A program made the position numbers and the translations under genes. 64,000 bases of DNA from Candidatus Omnitrophota bacterium (GTDB lineage: Bacteria; Omnitrophota; Gorgyraeia; Gygaellales; Profunditerraquicolaceae). The DNA lies in assembly GCA_025453395.1 (NCBI GenBank), contig JALOQK010000001.1, positions 74,244-138,243 on the forward strand, read 5' to 3'. This document shows, one piece after another, positions 1-8,637 of the stretch; positions within the stretch are counted from its first letter, which is position 1; every line of letters starts with the position of its first letter. The notes under the pieces are model-generated. The model had not been told where the DNA came from, ran no database searches, and was given only the letters and a program-made list of their open reading frames with translations.

Positions 1-1
1 C

Positions 2-72
2 GTAAATTCTGTTCCAGAATTTACTTCGCACGCTTCGGGATAATTAAATTTTCCCGTAGGGAAAATTTAATT
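2..72. repeat. tRNA-trailing element (hairpin - CTTCGCACGCTTCGG - hairpin)
   Basis: Hairpins at 2-24 and 42-72 joined by a linker also found after tRNA-Gly. Confidence 0.6.
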
Positions 73-141
73 GGGACGCATGGATTCGAACCATGATAGC
101 CAGACCCAAATTCTGGAGTCCTACCATTGGACGACATCCCA
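71..141 (-). tRNA. tRNA-Gln(TTG)
   Basis: Cloverleaf: acceptor TGGGATG/CGTCCCA, anticodon arm CCAGA-AT-TTG-GG-TCTGG, T-loop GTTCGAATC; CCA not encoded; follows ispE-spoVG. Confidence 0.95.
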
Positions 142-155
142 GAGCTGTTGTCAAT

Positions 156-551
156 TTAAACTGCCGCGCCCCTTAGTTTCTCCTGCTCGTAGGCATCCAG
201 GATCCTTTTCTGCACATATTCCCGGAAGGCTTGCGTGATCGGATGGGCAATATCTTTCTGATCGCTTTGAGAATTCGCCGGCTGCTCCTGCGAAACTACC
301 GGTTGAACAACAACCGGCAACTGCGCGCCGCACTGATTACAATATTTACTGCGCACTTCATTCTTAAAATTGCATTTAGGGCAAGGCTGTTTAACTTTCC
401 TGGAGGGCATAGCGATAAACAACCCCTTAGTGCCTTCAATGACTTTAATATTTCTGACCACAAAGGCGTTGTCAAAGGTAAGCGTAGCGTATGCCTTTAG
501 TTTTTTGTCCGGAGAATCTTTCAAAAAAACCCTGACCTCGGTAATTTCCAT
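156..551 (-). CDS. spoVG: SpoVG family protein with inserted Zn-ribbon
   Basis: MEITEVRV..LKAYATLTFD..GLFIAMPSRK..DIAHPI; CPKC..CNQC insert; GGAGG RBS. Confidence 0.92.
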   Translation of the reverse strand: MEITEVRVFLKDSPDKKLKAYATLTFDNAFVVRNIKVIEGTKGLFIAMPSRKVKQPCPKCNFKNEVRSKYCNQCGAQLPVVVQPVVSQEQPANSQSDQKDIAHPITQAFREYVQKRILDAYEQEKLRGAAV

Positions 552-584
552 GGCCCTCCCCCTCCCATTTGCTGCTTTTTACGC

Positions 585-1457
585 TTAAACTGTTTCCGCT
601 GTAAACACGCTTGACTCCAGCTGTGCCTTAAGCAGCTTTGCCCAAGCTTTTGCTTCTCTCTTTGAAGAAGCAATCGCAAAGACTGTCGGGCCGCTGCCCG
701 ACATTAATAACATATCCATCCCCAAAAGCCTCATTTTCTCTTTAAGAAAACGCACTTTTGGGTACAGTTTAAAAGTAACCGGCTCTAAGCCGTTAAAAAG
801 CAACTTTTTTAAAGAGGACTTATCTTTATCCCTTTTAATCAGGGTAATTAGTCTATCATCATATCGCGGCATTGTCAATCCTGAAAGTTGGCTCCAATTA
901 CGGTAAATAACTCTGGTGGAAACCGCTATTTTGGGCACTACAATCACAAGGTAAAGCTTAAAATGCTTCAGGGCGCGGATAGGCGCTATAATCTGCCCTC
1001 TTCCTTCTGCTTTAGCAAAAGAACAATCGTAAATAAAGAAAGCTACGTCACTGCCTAATAAAGAGGCCAAAAAAACAAGCTGCTTTTTAGCTAAACCTAA
1101 TTTCCAGAGCCGGTTTAGCCCCATCAAAACACCAGCAGCGTTACTGGAGCCTCCGGCCATACCGCTTGAAACCGGGATATTTTTCTTAATGATAATATCC
1201 ACGCCTTTTTTTATTTTATATCTATCTTTTAGAAGTTTAGCGCTTTTAAAAGCAAGGTTGGCATGGTCTTTGGGGATTTCCCGGGAAGAAGTAATAATCT
1301 TTATCTTATCATCAGAACGGGTTTTAAGGGTGATCCTATCCGCCAGGCTTATCCTATGGAAAATAGTTGATATATCATGAAAGCCGTCCGGGCGTTTGCG
1401 CAGGATATTAAGATGGAGGTTGACTTTGGCGTGGGAATCAAAAGATATTCTAGCCAT
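585..1457 (-). CDS. ispE: 4-diphosphocytidyl-2-C-methyl-D-erythritol kinase
   Basis: AKVNLHL..RPDGFH, KNIPVSSGMAGGSSNAA, MSGSGPTVF. Confidence 0.95.
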   Translation of the reverse strand: MARISFDSHAKVNLHLNILRKRPDGFHDISTIFHRISLADRITLKTRSDDKIKIITSSREIPKDHANLAFKSAKLLKDRYKIKKGVDIIIKKNIPVSSGMAGGSSNAAGVLMGLNRLWKLGLAKKQLVFLASLLGSDVAFFIYDCSFAKAEGRGQIIAPIRALKHFKLYLVIVVPKIAVSTRVIYRNWSQLSGLTMPRYDDRLITLIKRDKDKSSLKKLLFNGLEPVTFKLYPKVRFLKEKMRLLGMDMLLMSGSGPTVFAIASSKREAKAWAKLLKAQLESSVFTAETV

Positions 1458-1469
1458 GGGGAGAGGATG

Positions 1470-2396
1470 CTACTTAACTATGCTAAAAACTGCTTTTTCT
1501 ATATCAAAGCTGGTCAGGTTATATTCTTTCAACAGGTCTTGAGGCTCACCCGACTGTCCATACCTATTCTTAATGCCTAAACGCAATACCTTGACCGGAT
1601 GATTTTCCGCGACCACTTCATCAACCGCCGAAGCTAAACCTCCAACGGTAGCATGCTCCTCGCAAACTACAATGCCTTTAGTCTCTTTGGCAGCGCTAAT
1701 AACCGCATCCTGATCTATAGGGCGGATAGTATGCATATTAAGGACTCTTGCGTTTATCCCTTTTCCTGATAATAATTCAGCGGCAACTATCGCCTCATAA
1801 ACCATAACCCCGCAGGCGATAATGGTGATATCATCACCCTGCCTTAAAACCTGCGCCTTGCCGAATTGAAATTCAGGCTTATTCTCAATAGTAGTAAACT
1901 TTGGCCTGCCCAGGCGCACATAAAACGGGCCGTTTATTTTAGAACACGCGATAATCGCTTCGCGAGTCTGCGGCCCATCACAAGGCACGATAATATTCAT
2001 ATTGGAGATAACCCGCATCAAAGCTATATCTTCGATGGCCTGATGGCTTGAACCGTCGGGGCCGACAGTAATCCCAGCGTGGGTGGCAACGATCTTAACA
2101 TCGCAATTATTATAACTTACGGTATTTCTTACCTGATCCCAGGCCCTGCCCGAAGCAAAAATAGCGAAAGTGGAAACAAATACTTTCTTGCCGCAACTTG
2201 CCATGCCGGCGGCAGAGGCCATCATATTCTGTTCGGCAACCCCAAAATTAAAAAACCTCTCGGGAAACTGCTTAGCAAAAACGCTTGTACGGGTTGAGCC
2301 GGAAAGATCAGCGTCAAAAACAACCACATTGGAATTTTGCTTTCCTAATTCCACCAAGGTATTCCCATAAACATCACGTTGATATAAAGCGCTCAT
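1470..2396 (-). CDS. transketolase, C-terminal subunit
   Basis: DADLSGST, GVAEQNM, GPDGSSHQ. Confidence 0.93.
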   Translation of the reverse strand: MSALYQRDVYGNTLVELGKQNSNVVVFDADLSGSTRTSVFAKQFPERFFNFGVAEQNMMASAAGMASCGKKVFVSTFAIFASGRAWDQVRNTVSYNNCDVKIVATHAGITVGPDGSSHQAIEDIALMRVISNMNIIVPCDGPQTREAIIACSKINGPFYVRLGRPKFTTIENKPEFQFGKAQVLRQGDDITIIACGVMVYEAIVAAELLSGKGINARVLNMHTIRPIDQDAVISAAKETKGIVVCEEHATVGGLASAVDEVVAENHPVKVLRLGIKNRYGQSGEPQDLLKEYNLTSFDIEKAVFSIVK

Positions 2397-2402
2397 TTTT
2401 TA

Positions 2403-2446
2403 TGCTTTTTCTTTTTACCTTTTTACTTTTGACTTTTTACTTTTAC
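2403..2446. repeat. degenerate heptamer tract (ACTTTTT-type), half element
   Basis: tttttacctttttacttttgactttttacttttac between the tkt subunits, overlapping the stop codon. Confidence 0.5.
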
Positions 2447-3264
2447 TTGAGTTCCTCAAGTGCCTGCGTTGTTTCTTCCTTAGTCGGGGCGCGGCCGTGA
2501 AAATCACAAGAATTCTCCATAAAAGAAACCCCCTTGCCTTTTACGGTGCGCCCGATAATAATTGAAGGCTTACCCTTAAAGCCTTTTGCTTTTTCATAAG
2601 CCTCTAATATTTGACGCATATTGTGTCCATCAATATTAATCACATTCCAACCAAATGCCTGCCACTTATCCGCTAAAGGCTCCAGATTCATTATCTCACA
2701 GGTGCGCCCGTCAATCTGAAGCCCATTATAATCCAAGATTGCGCAAAGATTATCAACCTTGTAATGAGCGCATGCCATAGCCGCTTCCCAAATATTTCCT
2801 TCTTGGGTTTCTCCGTCGCCTAAGAGCACATAAACCCGGTAATCTTTTTTATCAAGCCTGCCAGCTAAACTCATCCCTAAAGCTACAGATAATCCCTGGC
2901 CCAAAGAACCAGAGGCTACTTCTACCCCGGGGGTCCTTTTATCCGGATGCCCTTGAAGCATAGAGCCTAACTGGCGCAAGGTAAATAATTTATCCTCGGG
3001 GAAAAAACCTCTTTTTGCCAATACCGCGTACAGCAAAGGGCAACAATGCCCTTTAGATAAATGAAACCTATCCCTATCCGGATAATGCGGCTCTTTAGGG
3101 CGGTTGTTTAAGACATGAAAAAATAAAGCTGTAACCATGTCCGCGGAAGAAAGGCTGCCTCCCGGATGCCCGGAACCGGCTTTAGCTATCATCTGGACAA
3201 TTAAGCGGCGGATTTCTTTGGCTTGTAACTCTAAATCCTTTATGGTCTTATCATCAAAAGGCAT
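2443..3264 (-). CDS. transketolase, N-terminal subunit
   Basis: GSGHPGGSLS, DRFHLSKGH, GDGE TPP-binding motif. Confidence 0.93.
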   Translation of the reverse strand: MPFDDKTIKDLELQAKEIRRLIVQMIAKAGSGHPGGSLSSADMVTALFFHVLNNRPKEPHYPDRDRFHLSKGHCCPLLYAVLAKRGFFPEDKLFTLRQLGSMLQGHPDKRTPGVEVASGSLGQGLSVALGMSLAGRLDKKDYRVYVLLGDGETQEGNIWEAAMACAHYKVDNLCAILDYNGLQIDGRTCEIMNLEPLADKWQAFGWNVINIDGHNMRQILEAYEKAKGFKGKPSIIIGRTVKGKGVSFMENSCDFHGRAPTKEETTQALEELK

Positions 3265-3265
3265 A

Positions 3266-4228
3266 TTATTTCTCTAATCCTTCTATTTTCTCTTTGACCG
3301 CCTGCTGTTTGGGATCCATCTTAAGAGATTTCTCCCAATTCTCTTTCGCGTTTACCTTGTCGCCTAAAACAAGATACAGATCACCCAGATGCAGGTAGAT
3401 TTCCGGGTCTTCTAAAGATGAGGCGGCCTTTTCTAAAAGCTTTTTCGCGTCTTCGTATTTTTTCTGCTTAAAATAAACCCAACCCAAACTATCAATATAG
3501 GCAGGATTATCCGGTTCAAATTCCAACGCTTTTTTTATTATTATTTCGGCTTGATCTAAGTTCTTTCCAGCCTGAGCATACATATACCCCAAAAAATTAA
3601 GCGCCTGATGAAAATCAGCTTTTATCTCTATGGCTTTTTTTAAAGAGCCTTCAGCCTTTTCAAATAAAGCTTGGCTGTAATACGCATCGGCTAACTGCAA
3701 ATAAATTAACGGCTGGTTGGGAAAGATTTTAAGCATTTCCTGGCATAAACTTTCCGCTTCTTTGTATCTGCCTTGGCGCGCGTAGAGGCTGGCCAAAACT
3801 TCTTGGATCTTTAAATTATCCGGTTGCAGCACTGAAGCGTTCTTAAGGGCCCTTTCATAGGACTTATCGGATTTTATCTTATCGTCTTTCAGGCCGTAAA
3901 GCACAGCGCAGACGAAATTTGCCTCTACAGAATCAGGCTGCAACTTTGAAACAACCTCAAGATGAACAATAGCTTTATCTATCTGGTTATTCTTAATATA
4001 TATGGCAGCTGAATTTAAATGAGCCAGGCTATTATCAGGGTCAAATTTAAGGGATTTTTCGTATTCAGCCAAGGCCTGGGTATCTTTATCAAGGTTTGAA
4101 TAATAAGAACCCATGATAAAATGGGACAGCGCTTCCGGAAACCCCCTATCGGAAGCAAAAACAGCTGACGCGCAAAATAATAGAAAAACAAAGAAAGGGC
4201 ATGCTTTTCTTTTTAAAAAAACAAACAT
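3266..4228 (-). CDS. exported tetratricopeptide repeat protein
   Basis: Signal peptide, multiple TPRs, ALNFLGY and YIDSLGWVYF motifs. Confidence 0.85.
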   Translation of the reverse strand: MFVFLKRKACPFFVFLLFCASAVFASDRGFPEALSHFIMGSYYSNLDKDTQALAEYEKSLKFDPDNSLAHLNSAAIYIKNNQIDKAIVHLEVVSKLQPDSVEANFVCAVLYGLKDDKIKSDKSYERALKNASVLQPDNLKIQEVLASLYARQGRYKEAESLCQEMLKIFPNQPLIYLQLADAYYSQALFEKAEGSLKKAIEIKADFHQALNFLGYMYAQAGKNLDQAEIIIKKALEFEPDNPAYIDSLGWVYFKQKKYEDAKKLLEKAASSLEDPEIYLHLGDLYLVLGDKVNAKENWEKSLKMDPKQQAVKEKIEGLEK

Positions 4229-4256
4229 AATGTTTTAATGGATGCAACTGACTACT

Positions 4257-4390
4257 AAGAATGAGACTTGGGTAATGGGTAGTAAGCTTAAGATGAGGGT
4301 TAGGTTGAAGAATAATTTAAAGATTTTTCCCCACAACCCACCCACACTCTCGACCCACAACCTACATCCCACGACTCACTCTTATCCTAA
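4257..4390. mobile_element. MITE-like element, family C copy 1
   Basis: About 135 bp; GGGTAATGGGTA arm and CCCACAAC arm; aligns end to end with 53279-53408 and, inverted, with 5762-5885. Confidence 0.7.
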
Positions 4391-4413
4391 AAAGTTACCT
4401 TAGCTGATAAAGG

Positions 4414-4515
4414 CTAACCCCAGCTTCTCTTCTTCAGGTGGCGAAGACGGCGGCGCATCTTTTTTCTTTTATGCGTGCGTATCTTCTGTCTTTTTCTTTT
4501 TCTGCCGCAAGGCAT
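4414..4515 (-). CDS. small basic protein, bS22/mS38 (AURKAIP1/COX24)-like, 33 aa; not in ORF track
   Basis: GGGAG RBS then MPCGRKRKRQKIRTHKRKKMRRRLRHLKKRSWG*. Confidence 0.8.
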   Translation of the reverse strand: MPCGRKRKRQKIRTHKRKKMRRRLRHLKKRSWG

Positions 4516-4531
4516 CGTTTACTCCCTTCGA

Positions 4532-4712
4532 TCGTAAAACTAAAAATTAAAAAGTAAAAGCGCAAAACTATAATTTAAAACTAAAAATTAAGAAAAATGC
4601 ATAAAAAACAAAAGATAAAAGTGTAAAAGATTGTATTAACGTTTTTAGTTTCGTTTTTTTAGTTTTAAATTTTAAGCTGTAGTTTTTAATTTTGCGCTTT
4701 ACGCTTTACATT
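4532..4712. mobile_element. heptamer-armed palindromic element, family A copy 1
   Basis: AAAGCGC..CTATAATTTAAAA left arm, TTTTAAGCTGTAG..ACGCTTT right arm; abuts hisG stop. Confidence 0.7.
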
Positions 4713-4713
4713 T

Positions 4714-5595
4714 CTAATATATGACTTTGTTCAACGGATACTCTATAATCCCTGTAGCTCCGGCTCTTTTTAATTCCGGAATAAGCGTGCGCACAACCTT
4801 CTCGTCTATAATTGTTTCCACAGCCACCCATCCGTCTTCTGAAAGGCTGGACACTGTAGGCTTTTTTAACGCGGGCAAAACAGCAAGGATCTTTTTTATG
4901 TCATTTTTCCTTACGTTCATCTTCAGGCCCACCTTAGATTCGGCAGCAATAGCTCCTTGAAGTAAAACCGCGATTTCCTCCATCTTTTGCCTTTTCCATG
5001 GGTCTTTATACGCCTTCTTATTGGCAATAAACTGCGTGGTGGATTCGCAAATCGTATCAATTATCGCCAGCTTATTGGCCTTCAAGCTTCTTCCGGTTTC
5101 AGTCAATTCCACAATCGCATCTACCAGGCCGGAACTTACCTTTACTTCAGTAGCGCCCCAGCTAAACTCCACATCCACATTGATCTTGTTTTTCTTAAAA
5201 TACTGCTTTGTCACATTAACCAATTCTGTGGCAATGCGCTTGCCGCTTAAATCTTTTGCCGATTTAAAACCCGACGCCTCCGGAACAGCCAAAACCCACC
5301 TAACCTTGCTTAAACTCTGTTTAGCGTAAACTAAGTCCGTAACCCGGACGACATCTGAAGCATTTTCCAATATCCAGTCATTGCCGGTAATCCCGCAGTC
5401 AAGCGCCCCGTCAGCGACATAACGCGACATCTCCTGCGCGCGTAAAAGCACCGGCTCTATCTGTCCATCGTCAATAGAAGGAAAATAAGACCTCTCCGAG
5501 GGCAGATTTACATTAAACCCTGCCTTGCGGAACATCTTGAAAGTCGCCTCCTGGAGGCTGCCCTTTGGTAAACCTAATTTCAGAATTTTATCCAT
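4714..5595 (-). CDS. hisG: ATP phosphoribosyltransferase (long form)
   Basis: [26 protein letters not shown]-terminal PALKKPTVS regulatory domain. Confidence 0.95.
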   Translation of the reverse strand: MDKILKLGLPKGSLQEATFKMFRKAGFNVNLPSERSYFPSIDDGQIEPVLLRAQEMSRYVADGALDCGITGNDWILENASDVVRVTDLVYAKQSLSKVRWVLAVPEASGFKSAKDLSGKRIATELVNVTKQYFKKNKINVDVEFSWGATEVKVSSGLVDAIVELTETGRSLKANKLAIIDTICESTTQFIANKKAYKDPWKRQKMEEIAVLLQGAIAAESKVGLKMNVRKNDIKKILAVLPALKKPTVSSLSEDGWVAVETIIDEKVVRTLIPELKRAGATGIIEYPLNKVIY

Positions 5596-5639
5596 AGTAA
5601 TTTAAGCCTTTTGTTAAGTTTTACACTCGCAAAGGCTGT

Positions 5640-5716
5640 ATTATACCTTCCGGATAAGTTTTTGTAAAGAAAATTTACCTGTTTTTATTTACAAAATGTC
5701 CCCTTTGCCTTATAAT
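5640..5716. promoter_or_regulatory. divergent sigma70 promoters for hisG and the surA-like gene
   Basis: TTTACA-17-TATAAT on minus (5668-5640) and on plus (5688-5716). Confidence 0.7.
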
Positions 5717-5761
5717 AGGAGAACACTACTTAAAATGAAATTAAACCTAAATTAAGTCATC

Positions 5762-5885
5762 CGAGAATGAGCCGTGAGTTGTGAGCCGTGAGTTTGGGGC
5801 TAGAGTGAGTTGGGAGGAATTTATATTTAAACTCATCCTTATCCTCATCCCAAACCCAATACCCATTACCCATTTCTCATCCTTA
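5762..5885. mobile_element. MITE-like element, family C copy 2 (inverted)
   Basis: Reverse complement GGATGAGAAATGGGTAATGGGTATTGGG..CCCAACTCAC matches copies 1 and 3. Confidence 0.7.
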
Positions 5886-5926
5886 TAAATCAAAGAATTT
5901 ACAATTATTTTATGGAGAAAATATAA

Positions 5927-7357
5927 ATGCTCAAATTCCTTCGCGACCGCAAAAATTCAAAAAAGATCTGGATATTCTTGGCCATTGTCATAGTGATCCC
6001 CTTTGCTTTCTGGGGGGCAGGATCAGTTGTTTCTGATAAAAACTACGCCGGCTACGTTGGCACTATCTGCGGAAGAAAAATCACAAGCTCGCAATTTCAG
6101 GATTCTTATAACGCCACAGCCGCCAGGCTGCGCCTGCAATTCCCGGATCAATTCGATCAATTAAAAGACTCCCTGGACCTTGAATCCCAGGCCTGGGAGA
6201 GGCTGGTACTTATCAGCGAAGCCAAAAGGCGCAATATCAAGGTAACAGATCAAGAAGTTATAAAAGATATAACCGCCAACCCCACTTTTCAAGGGAAAAA
6301 CGGCTTTGATGATTCCGCCTACAAACATATTATAAAATATTACCTGCACAGCTCACCACGGGCATTTGAAGAACAGACCCGGGAAAGTTTAATGCTTGCC
6401 AAATTATATGATCAGGTCACCTGCGTTGTAAAATTAGACGACGAGCAATTAAAAGAAGAATACCGCAAAGCCAACGAAGAATTAAGCATCTCTTACATAA
6501 GCGCGCAATACGCAGAGCTTGAAAAGAATATCCAGGCCGATGATGAAACTTTAAAATCATACTTTCAAAACAACTCCATAAAATTCAAAGAGCCGCTGTC
6601 CTTTAATTTAGAATACGTCAAAATAGAGGCCGAGGAAAAAACAAGCCTTAAACAGAGAAGCGAAAAGATATTCCTTCTGGCGCAAAAAAATATCCCTTTA
6701 AAGAAAATAGCCCAGGAAAATAAACTTACCCTTAAGGAAACCGGCCTGTTCCCGGAAACCGGCCCCATCCCGGAAATTGGATGGGCAAAGCAGATAATCA
6801 ACGCGCTGCCTAAAATAAAGCCTGACGAATACCTGCCCCCTTACTGTAATCAACAGGCCTGTTTTTTAGCGAAAATAAAAGTAAAAATGGACCCCTATAT
6901 ACCGGAGTTTACAACCATCAAGGATAAAATAAAAATCATCTTTTCCAGAGAAAAAGCCAAAGAACAAGCTAAAGAAAGAATTGAAAAATGCCTGGCGCGC
7001 CTTAAGGAACAGCCGGATTCAGATATTTTTGAAACAACTGCCGTGGAAAACGGGCTAAAATACGCCTCCACTTCCTTTTTTAAATTCGCCAGCTACATCG
7101 AAGGCATTGGCTCATCCTCTGAATTCTGGTTAACAGCAGAAAAATTACAACCAAACAAGGCCAGCGAAATTATCTCTACCCCCACAGCGTTATTTATTAT
7201 CCGTTTAAAAGAAAAAAAGGAAGCGGATTGGAATAAATTTGAAGAAGATAAGAAAACATTCTCGGAAAAAATACTTTCCGATAAAAAAAATGAATACTTT
7301 ACCTCTTTCTTAAAAGAACTTGATAAAAAGGCCTTTTTTAAAACAAGCCAAAGCTAA
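5927..7357 (+). CDS. SurA N-terminal domain / PpiD-like periplasmic chaperone
   Basis: MLKFLR..IVIPFAFWG anchor, EAKRRNIKVTDQEV..F..GFD signature. Confidence 0.8.
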   Translation: MLKFLRDRKNSKKIWIFLAIVIVIPFAFWGAGSVVSDKNYAGYVGTICGRKITSSQFQDSYNATAARLRLQFPDQFDQLKDSLDLESQAWERLVLISEAKRRNIKVTDQEVIKDITANPTFQGKNGFDDSAYKHIIKYYLHSSPRAFEEQTRESLMLAKLYDQVTCVVKLDDEQLKEEYRKANEELSISYISAQYAELEKNIQADDETLKSYFQNNSIKFKEPLSFNLEYVKIEAEEKTSLKQRSEKIFLLAQKNIPLKKIAQENKLTLKETGLFPETGPIPEIGWAKQIINALPKIKPDEYLPPYCNQQACFLAKIKVKMDPYIPEFTTIKDKIKIIFSREKAKEQAKERIEKCLARLKEQPDSDIFETTAVENGLKYASTSFFKFASYIEGIGSSSEFWLTAEKLQPNKASEIISTPTALFIIRLKEKKEADWNKFEEDKKTFSEKILSDKKNEYFTSFLKELDKKAFFKTSQS

Positions 7358-7380
7358 ATAAGCATAAATTGCCTGTTGCC

Positions 7381-7911
7381 ATGAATAAACTAAAGAAATC
7401 CTTAGCCAACAAAGGTATGGCCCTGGCAGAAGTGCTGGTAGCGGCATTTCTTTTAAGTGGCGCCTTTGCCGGAACAATCGCCTTTATCTCGCAATACCTG
7501 CGCGGTCTTGAACACTCCCAAAATATGACCTTGGCAATTAATGCCGCCCAGCAAAGAATTGAATCTATCTTGGGCCGCGTCAACCCCACAGCTCCAGATA
7601 CGGTAGAAGACTTTTTCAGCGATACGATAAGCGACTACACTAATAACCCTACCTTTAACGTCTATGACTCTACCGGATCCGCCATGCCAAATTTTAAAGG
7701 CACAACTTATATAAGCAGTCAAAACATCAATGACCTTACCTTTTACAGGATAAAAGCTGTGGTTTGCTGGGAGCAAGCAGGAGGGATACTTATCGGAGAA
7801 GATAAGAATTTAAACGGAGTGCTTGATTCAGGCGAAGATAAAGCCGGCGGAACAGCCAACGAACTTGATTCTCCGGTGAGCATTATTATAAATATAACTA
7901 ATATAGACTAA
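7381..7911 (+). CDS. type IV minor pilin, PilV-like
   Basis: KG^MALAEVLVA prepilin motif; GEDKNLNGVLDSGED motif. Confidence 0.75.
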   Translation: MNKLKKSLANKGMALAEVLVAAFLLSGAFAGTIAFISQYLRGLEHSQNMTLAINAAQQRIESILGRVNPTAPDTVEDFFSDTISDYTNNPTFNVYDSTGSAMPNFKGTTYISSQNINDLTFYRIKAVVCWEQAGGILIGEDKNLNGVLDSGEDKAGGTANELDSPVSIIINITNID

Positions 7912-7912
7912 A

Positions 7913-8554
7913 ATGCGCGCAAAAAACAAAAAAGGATTTACTCTTTTAGAATTAATGATTAGCGTAGGCATAACCGCGATTATTTCTGCGGCGATACTTA
8001 ATATCTTTAGCATAGGCCTGTCCTCATGGCAGATCGGGGAAGCAAAAATAGAAAGCCAATATCAGGCAAGAAAGGCAATGCAGGAAATAACCCAGGATTT
8101 AAGACTCAGCAATCCCGGGCATATAGACGTGCTTAATGATAGCAATACCGAGATACAAACAGGAATAGGGACAAAACTGCGTTTTCAAGTGCCTTCATAC
8201 GATAACAAAATAATCCATTTCCTGGGCGGCGATGTGGCTTTAGCCGCGATACGGCTAGATAATGACAATAACATTATCTGGGGCGCGGATAATACCAATG
8301 GTTATTTTATACAATACCAGCTGGTTACATCAGGGACGAACCATCAGTTAGCAAGGGTTATTCTTAACAGCTCCTTTACGCAGGTATCGCGCAGGGTTTT
8401 GGCGAATAATATCTTAGCCGTGGGTTTCAAAGGTATTCCCAGCGGCACCTCTAACCCGCGTTCGGTTGAGATATCCATAACCGGCAGCAATACTATTAAT
8501 ACCGGCCGGTCCGTAAGTTTTAAGCTAACATCACTGATAAATGCACGCAATTAA
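7913..8554 (+). CDS. type IV minor pilin, PilW/GspJ-like
   Basis: KKG^FTLLELMISV N-methylation motif; QARKAMQEITQDLR. Confidence 0.85.
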   Translation: MRAKNKKGFTLLELMISVGITAIISAAILNIFSIGLSSWQIGEAKIESQYQARKAMQEITQDLRLSNPGHIDVLNDSNTEIQTGIGTKLRFQVPSYDNKIIHFLGGDVALAAIRLDNDNNIIWGADNTNGYFIQYQLVTSGTNHQLARVILNSSFTQVSRRVLANNILAVGFKGIPSGTSNPRSVEISITGSNTINTGRSVSFKLTSLINARN

Positions 8555-8637
8555 AGATGTAAATCAATTGTAAAAACTTATCATTCAGCATAGTGTTGCT
8601 TTAAAATACAGGCTATACTGTTTATTGGAGTAAAAAT

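Noticed and set aside
1470-3264. Frameshifted transketolase
   Set aside because: Two-subunit transketolases are a normal family; both ORFs are complete
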